A stretch of DNA of 59,822 nt, counting the filler. It is 4 parts of 4 records of this genome, joined end to end, with 100 filler letters (N's around TTAATTAATTAA, not from the genome) between each part and the next. Parts side by side here need not be neighbours in the genome. Positions count along the whole stretch, not along the records: positions 42,241 to 59,822 come from SRR22947727_2308; 3 more parts are not named here. One strand, 5' to 3'. A model generated the notes under the pieces. It had not been told where the DNA came from and did no database searches. It worked only from the letters and a program-made list of their open reading frames with translations. Below, in pieces: positions 47,872 to 57,818 of the stretch (position 1 is its first letter; each line of letters begins with the position of its first letter). A program made the position numbers and the translations under genes.

Positions 47872-48814
47872 AGCAAAAAATCTAGAAGTTAAATTTAAAC
47901 TGCCAAATAATAAATTTGTACACGCACTTAATGGAGTGGACATTGAAATTAATGAAAATGAAACTTTAGGATTAATTGGGGAGAGCGGTTCAGGAAAGTC
48001 AACATTAGGAAAAACCCTACTAGGGTTGATTAAATATAGTGGAAACATTGATATCTTTCAAAACGAATTAAAACTAGATGATAAATCACTTATACGTAGT
48101 ATCAGGAAAGATATAGGAGTTGTATTTCAAGAACCCTTTCTTTCATTGAATCCTAGGATGAAAATTAAAAATATATTGTCTGAACCACTTCTAATTCATA
48201 GTCCAGATATTTCAAAAGACGAAATACGAGAAAAAATCAATCAATCAGTTAAAAATGTATTCCTAGATATTGACTATTTAGAAAAATACCCTTCTCAGCT
48301 GAGTGGCGGAGAACAACAAAGAATAGGAATAGCGAGGGCAATAATTAATAGTCCTAAATTGGTAATTCTTGACGAACCGACCTCCTCACTAGATTTATCT
48401 GTTAGGAATGAGATTTTGAAACTATTAAAAAACTTACAAACTGAGCTTGGACTTACGTATTTGTTTATTAGTCATGATATTCATACTATTAAAAATATAT
48501 CTGACAGAACAGCCGTAATGTATCTAGGCTCGATAATGGAACTTGGAAGGACAGAAGAAGTTATTGAAAGTCCAGTCCACCCTTATACTAAAGCTCTACT
48601 ATCTTCTGTCCTCTCTCCAAATCCCAATGATAAGAAAATCCAAATAAAACTTAAAGGTGAGATCCCAAAAATAACAGCATTACCCAGTGGATGTCTGTTT
48701 AGCTCTCGCTGTCCAAACCCAACCAAAGATTGTGAACAAGGAACTACTGCTAGAGGTTTAATTGAAGTTCATGATGAACATTTTGCTGATAGATGTTGTG
48801 TAAATTGTAAATGA
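47855..48814 (+). CDS. ABC ATPase (DppF-like)
   Basis: GESGSGKST, LSGGEQQR, HPYTKALL, C-terminal GC.F..RC motif. Confidence 0.92.
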   Translation: MKKLVEAKNLEVKFKLPNNKFVHALNGVDIEINENETLGLIGESGSGKSTLGKTLLGLIKYSGNIDIFQNELKLDDKSLIRSIRKDIGVVFQEPFLSLNPRMKIKNILSEPLLIHSPDISKDEIREKINQSVKNVFLDIDYLEKYPSQLSGGEQQRIGIARAIINSPKLVILDEPTSSLDLSVRNEILKLLKNLQTELGLTYLFISHDIHTIKNISDRTAVMYLGSIMELGRTEEVIESPVHPYTKALLSSVLSPNPNDKKIQIKLKGEIPKITALPSGCLFSSRCPNPTKDCEQGTTARGLIEVHDEHFADRCCVNCK

Positions 48815-48858
48815 TTGATATAAAATGATTAAAGCTAAAAAAGTATTGATGTAATAAA

Positions 48859-50415
48859 ATGATTAAACAAGATTTTGGATATATACCTTTAAATGTCGCT
48901 AATGGTATAAGAGAGTTTTCGATAGCTAATCCTGGAAAAATAGCAATAATTGATGGCAATAGAAGTATTTCATATAGAGAGCTTGATATTAGATCGAGTC
49001 AGGTTGCCAATTACTTTATTTCCAAGGGTTTTAAAAAGGGAGATAGGGTCGCAGTAATATCTGGGAACAGAATGGAGTATCCCGAGATAGTTGCCGGTTT
49101 GTCAAAAGCAGGCTTGATTGCTGTTTTAGTTAACCCAAGATCTGTTTCTAGAGAAGTTGAATATTTTATTAGACATAGTGGTTCAAAAGGAGCAATTATA
49201 GAAAGTTCTCTTGTTCCATTAGTAGAAAATTATATTTTTGAAACTTCCGTTGAACAAATTTTAACTATGGACAGTGATGATTTTGGTTTAGATTATGAAA
49301 AGACAATAAAGAGTCAAGAAAAATATGATCCATTCGTATTTGTTGATGAAAGAGAGCCTTTTAAAATTTGTTATACATCTGGAACTACTGGAGAACCTAA
49401 GGGTATAACAATTAGTCATAGATCAAGATGTTTAGTTTTTATGGCAACCGCTTTAGAGTGGGGGTTGGGTCCTGATAAAACTACCATTGCTGTTGCTCCT
49501 ATGTATCATGGTGCAGGTTTTGCATTTAACTATGGGGCTTTATTTACAGGTGGGCAACTCGTTATTCAGAGAAAATATGATCCCTTAGATCTCTTGGAGA
49601 TGATAGATAGATATAAACCTGACTCAATATTCCTTGTTCCAGCACATGCTATTCAATTAAGAGAACTTGGCCAGTCTACTATTAAAAAATATGATTCAAC
49701 ATCTCTAAGCTGTTTGTACTTTAATGCTGCACCTTTGCCACAAGAATTGAAACTCTGGGTTATAGATACATTTGAAACAGCAGGGTTACATGAACTTTAC
49801 GGAGCAACTGAAACAGCAATAGTCACAAACTTAAGACCTGAGTTCCAGAAAAGTAAAGAACGGTGCGTTGGCCCTCCCTGGTTTTTCAACCAAGTAGAAC
49901 TTTTAAATTCTTCAGGGGAAGAAGTTAGTGTTGGAGAACAGGGCGAGCTTTATGCAAAATCTCCATTTATGATGAATGGTTACTGGGATGACGATAAAAA
50001 TACCTTAGAAAATACTAATGAAAGAGGTTTTTTTGGAGTTGGAGATATAGCAGTAAAGGACGAGGACGGATTTTATTATATTGTAGATAGAAAAAAAGAT
50101 ATCATTATATCTGGAGCTACAAACATTTCACCAAGAGAGATTGAGGAAGTAATTTTAGAGTTTCCTGGGATTATCGATATAGCAGTAGTGGGGAAAAGAT
50201 CAGAAAAATGGGGTGAGGAAGTATCAGCTGTTATGGTCAAAAATAAAGATATCGATATTCAAGATCTTGAACAGTACTGTAGAGATAATTTATCTGGTTA
50301 CAAAATTCCTAAAAACTATCACTTTGTAGAATCTCTTCCAAGAAATGCATCAGGTAAAATTTTAAAAAGAGTAGTAAAAGACCAGATTGAGAAAAATCAA
50401 CTTAACGAATTATAA
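48859..50415 (+). CDS. Acyl-CoA synthetase (class I adenylate-forming enzyme)
   Basis: YTSGTTGEPKG, YGATE, GD, DRKKDIIISG, LPRNASGK. Confidence 0.92.
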   Translation: MIKQDFGYIPLNVANGIREFSIANPGKIAIIDGNRSISYRELDIRSSQVANYFISKGFKKGDRVAVISGNRMEYPEIVAGLSKAGLIAVLVNPRSVSREVEYFIRHSGSKGAIIESSLVPLVENYIFETSVEQILTMDSDDFGLDYEKTIKSQEKYDPFVFVDEREPFKICYTSGTTGEPKGITISHRSRCLVFMATALEWGLGPDKTTIAVAPMYHGAGFAFNYGALFTGGQLVIQRKYDPLDLLEMIDRYKPDSIFLVPAHAIQLRELGQSTIKKYDSTSLSCLYFNAAPLPQELKLWVIDTFETAGLHELYGATETAIVTNLRPEFQKSKERCVGPPWFFNQVELLNSSGEEVSVGEQGELYAKSPFMMNGYWDDDKNTLENTNERGFFGVGDIAVKDEDGFYYIVDRKKDIIISGATNISPREIEEVILEFPGIIDIAVVGKRSEKWGEEVSAVMVKNKDIDIQDLEQYCRDNLSGYKIPKNYHFVESLPRNASGKILKRVVKDQIEKNQLNEL

Positions 50416-51203
50416 AATTTTATTATCTCGGAACTGTATATCTTTGGCTCTCTCATGTGAAGCTGTCCAGGATGATCTGATTGCAAAGACAAAGCACTGT
50501 TTTTAGTAATCTTGTCTGCTTCAATATCGCAATGTGTCAATAAATCTTTCTTTGAATTAAGAAAAAGAATTGGTACGTCAAGGTTCTTCAAAAGGGAGTC
50601 AGGAACGTACTCAAATGCCGCATTGTAAGCCCAATTATACTTTTCTAAACATTCTAATATTCCTACAGCCCCAAAGTTGACAAGTTCTTTAGAGGCTTCA
50701 TGACCATAAATTCGTTTATATCTTTCCCACGCCCAGATTAAATGTTCACCATTTTCACTGATTTCTATATCTGGAGACCAATTGTTCATGTATTCTTGTC
50801 TTTCTTCTGAAGAAAAATAAGGAACACCGTTTAAAACACAAAAAACTGCATCATCTTGACCTTTTAAGTTAATAATTTCAAGTGCTAAAGAAGCTCCTGT
50901 GTGACATCCCCCTGTTGCATATTTTTTTATATCTAATTTATCAATCCCCTCAACTAAAATGGATGCATATTCTTCGATTTTAAGAGGTTTCTTGGGAGGT
51001 GTTGAATTTCCATATCCAGGAGTGTCGAATGCGTAAACTGAAAAATTATCAGCGAGATAGGGCATTACATTTGCATAGACTTTAGCGGATTGTGGTGATT
51101 CGTGGAATAAAAAAAGTGCAACATCTCCTTCGCCTATATGTGAATAGTGAATTTGTCCATTATTTATATCAATATATCCATTTTTTAAAATATCTTTTTT
51201 CAA
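50397..51203 (-). CDS. Alpha/beta hydrolase fold protein, atypical G-C-H-T-G elbow
   Basis: LFHESPQS, AFDTPGYGNS, GGCHTGA. Confidence 0.85.
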   Translation of the reverse strand: MKKDILKNGYIDINNGQIHYSHIGEGDVALFLFHESPQSAKVYANVMPYLADNFSVYAFDTPGYGNSTPPKKPLKIEEYASILVEGIDKLDIKKYATGGCHTGASLALEIINLKGQDDAVFCVLNGVPYFSSEERQEYMNNWSPDIEISENGEHLIWAWERYKRIYGHEASKELVNFGAVGILECLEKYNWAYNAAFEYVPDSLLKNLDVPILFLNSKKDLLTHCDIEADKITKNSALSLQSDHPGQLHMREPKIYSSEIIKFYNSLS

Positions 51204-52279
51204 ATTACCTCAAAACCTTCTACAAGCTCCCTAACGATACTACTTGCTGATTTTGTCTCCTTCACCATACCACTAATTTGTCCTGCTGGATTATTCATTA
51301 ATTCATATTTTTTAGATGTTTCGGCAGACCATACGAAATCATCAAAAAGTACAAACTGAAGAGGCATAGGAAGTGTTGGAAGGTCAGCATTTTTCCATTT
51401 GTCCAATATTTCAGTTCTATATATTCTTGAAGGTTTTCCAGTATAAGTTCGGCTAATTACAAAATCTTCAGTAGAACCATCTACTAATTGTTTTTGATGT
51501 TCTGGATAAATATCAGTTTCTGTAGCAAATAAAAACGCTGTTCCAACCCATACCCCAACACACCCTAGCGAGACAGCTGCTGCAACTCCTCTGCCGTCAG
51601 CAATACCTCCAGCTCCCAAAACAGGTACTTCCACAGCGTCAGCAACTTGGGGTAATAATGCAAAATTTGCAATATTACCCGTATGCCCTCCAGCCTCGTA
51701 ACCTTGAGCAACGATTATATCTACTCCAGCGTCATTATGAATTTTTGCTGTCCTTACGTTGCCAACAAGGCCAAGGGTTTTGGTATTTGTATTTTTTACT
51801 TTTGATACTAAGTGTGAAATATCTCCAAGACCCATAGAAATGAACGGTACTTCTAAGTCTACTATCAGATCAATCTGCTCTTCGGCTGCTCTTCTTGATA
51901 CTGTTTCTTTAGCGGGTAACTTTATAAAATTTATCTCATATTCATCGCACAGATTTTTGATGAAATTTAGGTGTTCTGGATATTCATTTTTGATTACTTC
52001 CCTGACTTCTTCTCTTGTTTCAGAATCTGCAGCTACATCTCTAGGCAAAAGAGTACCAACACCAAAAGGTTTCTCTGTATTCTCCCTTATTTTTTTAACA
52101 GAAGTCTCTATTTCTTCAAGTGTTAAACCCGAAGCACCTAAAAAACCAACACCGCCAGCATTAGACACTTCATAAACAAGTTCAGGGGTAGTTGGTGTAC
52201 CCATTGTTTTACCCATTCCTGCTTGAAAAATTGGATAAGTTATTTCAAATTTTTTACAAAATTCTTTATTAAACTTCAT
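51200..52279 (-). CDS. Nitronate monooxygenase/FabK-like FMN oxidoreductase
   Basis: PIFQAGMG, VSNAGG, AQGYEAGGHTG, AGGIADGRG, VWVGT, AGQ. Confidence 0.88.
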   Translation of the reverse strand: MKFNKEFCKKFEITYPIFQAGMGKTMGTPTTPELVYEVSNAGGVGFLGASGLTLEEIETSVKKIRENTEKPFGVGTLLPRDVAADSETREEVREVIKNEYPEHLNFIKNLCDEYEINFIKLPAKETVSRRAAEEQIDLIVDLEVPFISMGLGDISHLVSKVKNTNTKTLGLVGNVRTAKIHNDAGVDIIVAQGYEAGGHTGNIANFALLPQVADAVEVPVLGAGGIADGRGVAAAVSLGCVGVWVGTAFLFATETDIYPEHQKQLVDGSTEDFVISRTYTGKPSRIYRTEILDKWKNADLPTLPMPLQFVLFDDFVWSAETSKKYELMNNPAGQISGMVKETKSASSIVRELVEGFEVI

Positions 52280-52284
52280 ATACT

Positions 52285-53448
52285 CTAGTCAATTACTACT
52301 TCACCCTTAACCAGACCCTTGGCAATTATGGTTTTCATAATATCGTTAGTACCTTCTCCTATAGCCATTAAGGGGGCATCTCTATAGAGTCTTTCAATTG
52401 AGTATTCTGTAGAGTAACCCATTCCTCCATGAATTCTCATAGCATCTAATGCGTTTGCAATTGCAACTTCTGAGGAAAAGTATTTTGCCATTCCAGCCTC
52501 AGTGTCAACTCTCTTACCTTGATCTGCCATAGAAGCTGACCACCAAGTTAATAATCTTGAAGCTTGCACATTAGTCGCCATCTCTGCAAGTTTTAATTGT
52601 ATTGCTTGAAATTCATTTATTTCTTTTCCAAATGCTTTTCTTTCTTTTGAGTAACTTAGTGCCTGGTTGTATGCTTCTTGAGCAATCCCAACAGCCCTTG
52701 CAGCAATGTTCAATCTTCCAATCTCAAGAGATGAAAGTACTTGCTGTAGACCTTTTCCTTCAACTTCTCCCAAAAGCATCGATTTATGTACTTTCACATC
52801 TGAAAACATTAAAACACAGCTCTCAGGTCCTTTATATCCCATTTTTCCGATATCTTTACTAATTTCGAAACCCTCAGCAGTTTGATCCATAAGTAAAACA
52901 CTCATACCCTTATGGGCAGGTTGTGCACTGGTGTCAGTTTTAACTAAAACCGGTAAAGGGTTTGCAAACCTTCCATTTGTAATCCACATCTTGCTTCCAT
53001 TAACAATATAGTGATCACCCTCTAGGACGGCTTTTGTTTGAATCCCCTGCAAATCTGTTCCAGCATCAGGTTCAGTTAATCCTACACCTGTTCTTAATTC
53101 ACCAGTTGCTAGTTTCGAAAGATACAGATTCTTTTGCTCTTCGGTTCCGTGTTTACTAATCATCCATGTAGAAAGAGAGTGGCTTCCAATTATCCCAGCT
53201 ATTCCCATCCATCCTCTTGATAGTTCTTCAAATAATATAGCCATAGATACGAAATCAATATCTTGCCCACCATATTCCTCAGGAATTAGAATTCCGAATA
53301 ACCCCATCGATTTCATTTTTTCTACAATTTCGGTTGGATATGTTCCCGATTTTTCCAATTCAGAAGCTACAGGCCTAATTTCTTTATCTACAAAAGATCT
53401 AATAGTTTCTCTGAAAAACTGTTGGTCAGTTGATAAATTAAAATCCAT
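52285..53448 (-). CDS. Acyl-CoA dehydrogenase
   Basis: LTEPDAGTD, NGSKMWITNG, RKAFGK, IHGGMGY, IGEGTNDI. Confidence 0.94.
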   Translation of the reverse strand: MDFNLSTDQQFFRETIRSFVDKEIRPVASELEKSGTYPTEIVEKMKSMGLFGILIPEEYGGQDIDFVSMAILFEELSRGWMGIAGIIGSHSLSTWMISKHGTEEQKNLYLSKLATGELRTGVGLTEPDAGTDLQGIQTKAVLEGDHYIVNGSKMWITNGRFANPLPVLVKTDTSAQPAHKGMSVLLMDQTAEGFEISKDIGKMGYKGPESCVLMFSDVKVHKSMLLGEVEGKGLQQVLSSLEIGRLNIAARAVGIAQEAYNQALSYSKERKAFGKEINEFQAIQLKLAEMATNVQASRLLTWWSASMADQGKRVDTEAGMAKYFSSEVAIANALDAMRIHGGMGYSTEYSIERLYRDAPLMAIGEGTNDIMKTIIAKGLVKGEVVID

Positions 53449-53496
53449 TTTTACTCCTTATTTTCCCTTTTACTATTTTACATCTAAGATTAAAGA

Positions 53497-54324
53497 ATGG
53501 AAAATAACTCCAAACAAACTTATCACTATTTGTACATCCCCGGAAATAGATTAGAACTTGTTAAAAAAGCATATGAAAAAAAAGTAAAAAATATTATTAT
53601 CGACTTGGAAGATTCTGTTCCTCTGGCGGAAAAAGAAATAGTAAGAAGTAGTGTTTGTGAATTTGTTACTGATAACGATTTAAATATAAATATAAATATA
53701 AGAATCAACTCAGATTATGAAATACAAAAAGAGGATATTAAATCAGTTTTAAAAACTAAAGTTAAAAATATATTTGTTCCAAAATTAGAAATTAATTCTG
53801 CAATAGTTACCGAGAGTCTTGGAGATAAGTTTGAAAATGTAATTGGAATCATTGAAACAGCAAAAGGTCTCGATGATTTGAAAAGAATATCTTCAAAAAT
53901 TAAGATTCAACAACTTGCCATTGGCGAGGTTGACTTTTCAACTGATTTGGGAATTGAGGAAACAGCTCAAGCACTTTTATTTTATAGATCTAAACTAGTT
54001 TATATTTCAAAAATACTCAATATCAAGCCACCTATTGGTGGAGTTTATAAAAATATTAATGACTTCGAGGGTCTCCAAAAATTTGCTAGCAATATCAAAG
54101 AAATTGGATTTGAGGGCATGCAAGCAATCCATCCTGAGCAAGTAGAAATAATAGATGCTATATTTAAACCGACTTTGGATGAGATTAATGAAGCTAAAGA
54201 ATTACTACGTGACATAGAACTTAATGACAAAAAAGGAATCGGTGTCTTTGTTGATAGTAATGGTTCTATAGTTGATGCTGCGATGATTATGAGAGCAAAA
54301 AAAATTATTAATCAATCTGAGTAA
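53497..54324 (+). CDS. CitE-like acyl-CoA lyase
   Basis: LYIPG, IIDLEDSV, IIETAKG, IHPEQV, F.P...E, VDAAMI.RA. Confidence 0.88.
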   Translation: MENNSKQTYHYLYIPGNRLELVKKAYEKKVKNIIIDLEDSVPLAEKEIVRSSVCEFVTDNDLNININIRINSDYEIQKEDIKSVLKTKVKNIFVPKLEINSAIVTESLGDKFENVIGIIETAKGLDDLKRISSKIKIQQLAIGEVDFSTDLGIEETAQALLFYRSKLVYISKILNIKPPIGGVYKNINDFEGLQKFASNIKEIGFEGMQAIHPEQVEIIDAIFKPTLDEINEAKELLRDIELNDKKGIGVFVDSNGSIVDAAMIMRAKKIINQSE

Positions 54325-54668
54325 TAAATTATTCCTTTATCGCTAATTTTGTCAAAAAATATTTTTTTACCGATTTCAGGATTTCCATTTGTGATCAATA
54401 TATTGCAAATTATTTTTATATTCTTTTCTATCTCAACCAATCCAACAAAATACGGTGGAGTAAAAATTTCAGGATTTGGACTTCTGTGAACTTCCGTAAA
54501 AGAATAAATTACACCTGAACCATCAGTGATATGAAAATCTAAGTTATTTGATAAGCAAACCATACAGAAATCTCTTGGATAGAATTGTTTGTGTTGACAA
54601 TCTAGACACTGCTGAACAGAAACTTTTCCTTTTTTAACTAGTTGTATCCAGTCTTCCCATAATTCCAT
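54312..54668 (-). CDS. DUF35 Zn-ribbon/OB-fold protein (ChsH2 C-terminal-like)
   Basis: QQCLDC...FYPRDFCMVC, G.IYSFT, PY.VGLVE. Confidence 0.88.
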   Translation of the reverse strand: MELWEDWIQLVKKGKVSVQQCLDCQHKQFYPRDFCMVCLSNNLDFHITDGSGVIYSFTEVHRSPNPEIFTPPYFVGLVEIEKNIKIICNILITNGNPEIGKKIFFDKISDKGIIYYSD

Positions 54669-54672
54669 AACT

Positions 54673-55818
54673 TTAACTGATTCTTTCTAAAATCATCGAA
54701 GCATGGGTGGAGAAAACTCCACCTGTACCATGAACAAAAGCTGTCGACGCACCGTTTACCTGTCTATCTTTTAGTTTTCCACTTAACTGGTTAACAGCTT
54801 CAATAACTAAAAGAAGTCCTAACATTCCTGGATGACAATACGATAGACCCCCACCTGATGTATTTAATGGGTACCGCCCTCCCTTATAAAATTCACCCTC
54901 CTGAAACATCTCAATTATTTTTTTTGGCTCAGCTAAACCAATAGAGGCTAGAGTTGAAAGAACTGTTATCGTAAAAGAGTCATAAACTTGTAAAACATCA
55001 ATATCACTGAGCCTCATACCAGATTGTTTTAAAGCTTCTTCTGAGGAAGCTTTTGCACCTGTAATCAAATAATTTGGCATTTGAGAATAACTAATATGAG
55101 TATCTCTTTGTCCAAACCCAGTTGTTTTTATTTTTGGTAAATTTAATTTATCAGCAATCTTGTCGTTGGTAATCAGAACTGCTCCACCTCCATCAGTTAC
55201 TAGACAACAGTCAAGTTTGTGCAATGGTGAAGATATTAAGCCTGAATCAAGGACATCCTGTACTTTTAATTCACCACTTGAATAGTGATAAGCTTTTTTA
55301 TTTAATTGAGCCCATTTTCGAGAATTTACAGCGACCTCCGCTAAATCTTGTGAATTTATATCCCATTCGTAAAACCCTCTTTGGGCTACTAGAGCATATA
55401 AAGATAGAGGTGATAGAACGCCCTGCGAGTACTCAAAAAAATTTTGAGGTGTATGATTTTCAAGCACACCTCCTAGGCTTCTAGATTTTGCAGATCTTTG
55501 ATTTGAACCGTATGAGACTACTGCAATGTTACAATAACCAGATTCTACAGCATCAATTGCTCTTTTTATAAAAGTTAAATATGAAGAACCTCCTAAAAAT
55601 GAACTTTCCGTCCACCTTGGAGATATTCCTAGGTATTCTGACATTCCAACAGTAGAAAATCTTTCAACACCATTTGTAGCTAAACCATCAACGTCTTTTA
55701 GGGAAATTCCTGCTTCATTTAGTAAAGTATTTATTGCCTCAGATTGGATTTCATAAATACTCCTTGGCCTGTCGTAAGGTATTATGTCTATAGCTGAATT
55801 AATAGAAGCTTTATTCAT
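54673..55818 (-). CDS. Thiolase-superfamily protein lacking nucleophilic Cys (SCP2/Ltp2-like)
   Basis: LGGSSY where Cys is expected, LDCCLVTDGGGA, VYDSFT, NTSGGGLSYCHPG. Confidence 0.85.
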   Translation of the reverse strand: MNKASINSAIDIIPYDRPRSIYEIQSEAINTLLNEAGISLKDVDGLATNGVERFSTVGMSEYLGISPRWTESSFLGGSSYLTFIKRAIDAVESGYCNIAVVSYGSNQRSAKSRSLGGVLENHTPQNFFEYSQGVLSPLSLYALVAQRGFYEWDINSQDLAEVAVNSRKWAQLNKKAYHYSSGELKVQDVLDSGLISSPLHKLDCCLVTDGGGAVLITNDKIADKLNLPKIKTTGFGQRDTHISYSQMPNYLITGAKASSEEALKQSGMRLSDIDVLQVYDSFTITVLSTLASIGLAEPKKIIEMFQEGEFYKGGRYPLNTSGGGLSYCHPGMLGLLLVIEAVNQLSGKLKDRQVNGASTAFVHGTGGVFSTHASMILERIS

Positions 55819-56206
55819 TTTCGAATAACTCAACTATAGTTTTAGCATCCTGAATAATGACTCTGCTATTAACGTATATTGATGATGAGATTTCTATAAA
55901 AATTTTGTCATCATCTTCCCATTGCCTAAGAGTGCTGCTTTTAATCTCTATTTCTTCATCTTGAAAAACCATATTTTTGTAATTAAAGTTCATTTTTTTT
56001 ATTCTAGAAGACTCACTAAATGTATTTTGAATTTGCTTTACTATCAAAGCTCCAAAAACTTGTCCGTCTACTACTGGTTTGGGTATTAAGTTTTCTTCTA
56101 AGTACTCATTGTCATAGTGTATTTTATGCCAGTCCCAAGTTGATCCTGCATAAAGAATCATATTTGGAAGAGTAAATTTATGCTTTAGATTTTTAATATC
56201 CATCAT
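55811..56206 (-). CDS. MaoC-like hot-dog dehydratase subunit
   Basis: YAGSTWDWHKIHYD...PVVDGQ hydratase motif. Confidence 0.8.
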   Translation of the reverse strand: MMDIKNLKHKFTLPNMILYAGSTWDWHKIHYDNEYLEENLIPKPVVDGQVFGALIVKQIQNTFSESSRIKKMNFNYKNMVFQDEEIEIKSSTLRQWEDDDKIFIEISSSIYVNSRVIIQDAKTIVELFENE

Positions 56207-56697
56207 ATCTCCTGAAAAATTACTGTTTCAAAGTTTTCACATTTCAGATTTTTACCCTGATCGAAATACTGTATTAAATTAGTTAAGATAAGCAAAGATT
56301 TATTTTTTGACGATGTTTTTTCAACAATATTTTCAACAGAATAAATAGCAGTAATAGTGTCTCCAACATAAAAGGGGTCGTGAAACAAATAGTTGTTACC
56401 TCCTCTTATATACCTGGTCCCAGGTATATTTATTCCCCAATCATGAGCAATAGCCCCATCGTCACCTGGAGAACCCCCCATAAAACTATTGGTCTCAGTA
56501 ATAAAAGTTGGTGGGACTGGAATTGTTCTATACCCAGCTCTAATTGCTGTTTGTTCATCGGAATAAATATCATTTGTTTCATTTATAGCTAAACAATAAT
56601 ATCTAACCATAGAAAGAGAGACGGAATCCGGAGATGTGTACTTGAATTTTTTCTTTGTTATGTCAATAATTTCTTGTGTAATTAGTTTTTTTAACAT
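56203..56697 (-). CDS. MaoC/FAS1-like dehydratase N-terminal hot-dog subunit
   Basis: YCLAINETN.IY.D...A...GY...PVPPTF, RGGN.Y.F..P..VGD. Confidence 0.8.
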   Translation of the reverse strand: MLKKLITQEIIDITKKKFKYTSPDSVSLSMVRYYCLAINETNDIYSDEQTAIRAGYRTIPVPPTFITETNSFMGGSPGDDGAIAHDWGINIPGTRYIRGGNNYLFHDPFYVGDTITAIYSVENIVEKTSSKNKSLLILTNLIQYFDQGKNLKCENFETVIFQEI

Positions 56698-57818
56698 TAG
56701 AAACTCTTAGCAAATGGTTCAATCTCTATTAAAAATTCAGGTCTTAAAAGTGAGTGACATATAATTCCCGTTGATGAGGGGAACGGCTCCTTGAGTAATT
56801 CTTTTCTGACTGATGAAGTAGATCTATAATCCTTCAGTCCTAATGGAGTAACGTATTCAATAGTCTTTATGAGGTTTGCTGGACTCATATCAGCAGCTTC
56901 TAATACTTTGATAATGTTTTGATAAGTATATTTAGTTTGTTCATAAATGTTATTTTCATATATTGCTTGTTCAGATTCAGGATCCAATGAGGCTTGGCCT
57001 GACATAAATAAATTGTTTCCACATTTCACAGCTGGAGAATATGTTAATTTTTCATACCTTTTCCAATCTGGATTAATTTGCTTTTTCTCACCCTTAGCTG
57101 CGGTTATGTTTATAGAAATTAAGGAATCGTTTTTCGAAACCTTAGTCATTAGGATTCCTGTCGCCCCAGGATATACTGGACCCAATTTTTCTTTTCTAAC
57201 TTTGCCAGTGTACTTATAATTTAATAATCCTTTAGGTGTAATGTGATCAACTGTTTTCACAATATCAGAAAGCTTAAATCCTGTAATTTGTAATATTTTG
57301 TCTGCTTGGTCATAAATATCTAAGGTCTGAGCCACAACATCATTCTCATCTATATCATCAGAGGGTGTTAAGGTTGGAAGATTAATTATATTATTTTCTT
57401 TATAAGCCAAATCTCTTTCAACTCTTATTTCTAATTCAACTAAGGCATCTGGTCTCAGTAAAGAATCAACAACAAACAACTGTTTATTTATATCTTTAGA
57501 CAGTCTCTCATCTATAACTCGTTCATACTCCTCGTAATAATCTAATCCTTTAGTTGTAATGTTTTCAGTAACATGAGTAGCGTCTGACAAACTCATTCCT
57601 TCTGCATTCAAGATACATTCAATTTTATCTAAAGCTGTATTAGTCTGCTCTACCATTCCTCCTCTAACTACTATTTTTTTTTCGTTAGGGTCGTATTCTG
57701 ATGCCGAATGACCTGATATATATAAAGAGCCATCAAGTGACAAACCAAGTGAGAAACTGTATCTTTGATAATCAAACCACTTAAATTCTTTTGGATTAAT
57801 ACTTTGTAATTTGTTCAT
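56697..57818 (-). CDS. Rid/YjgF-family protein with three tandem domains
   Basis: Three Q-T...I..IL...G/D.S..D/N units, LYISGH/LFMSGQ, LLRPDALVELE/LLRPEFLIEIE. Confidence 0.75.
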   Translation of the reverse strand: MNKLQSINPKEFKWFDYQRYSFSLGLSLDGSLYISGHSASEYDPNEKKIVVRGGMVEQTNTALDKIECILNAEGMSLSDATHVTENITTKGLDYYEEYERVIDERLSKDINKQLFVVDSLLRPDALVELEIRVERDLAYKENNIINLPTLTPSDDIDENDVVAQTLDIYDQADKILQITGFKLSDIVKTVDHITPKGLLNYKYTGKVRKEKLGPVYPGATGILMTKVSKNDSLISINITAAKGEKKQINPDWKRYEKLTYSPAVKCGNNLFMSGQASLDPESEQAIYENNIYEQTKYTYQNIIKVLEAADMSPANLIKTIEYVTPLGLKDYRSTSSVRKELLKEPFPSSTGIICHSLLRPEFLIEIEPFAKSF

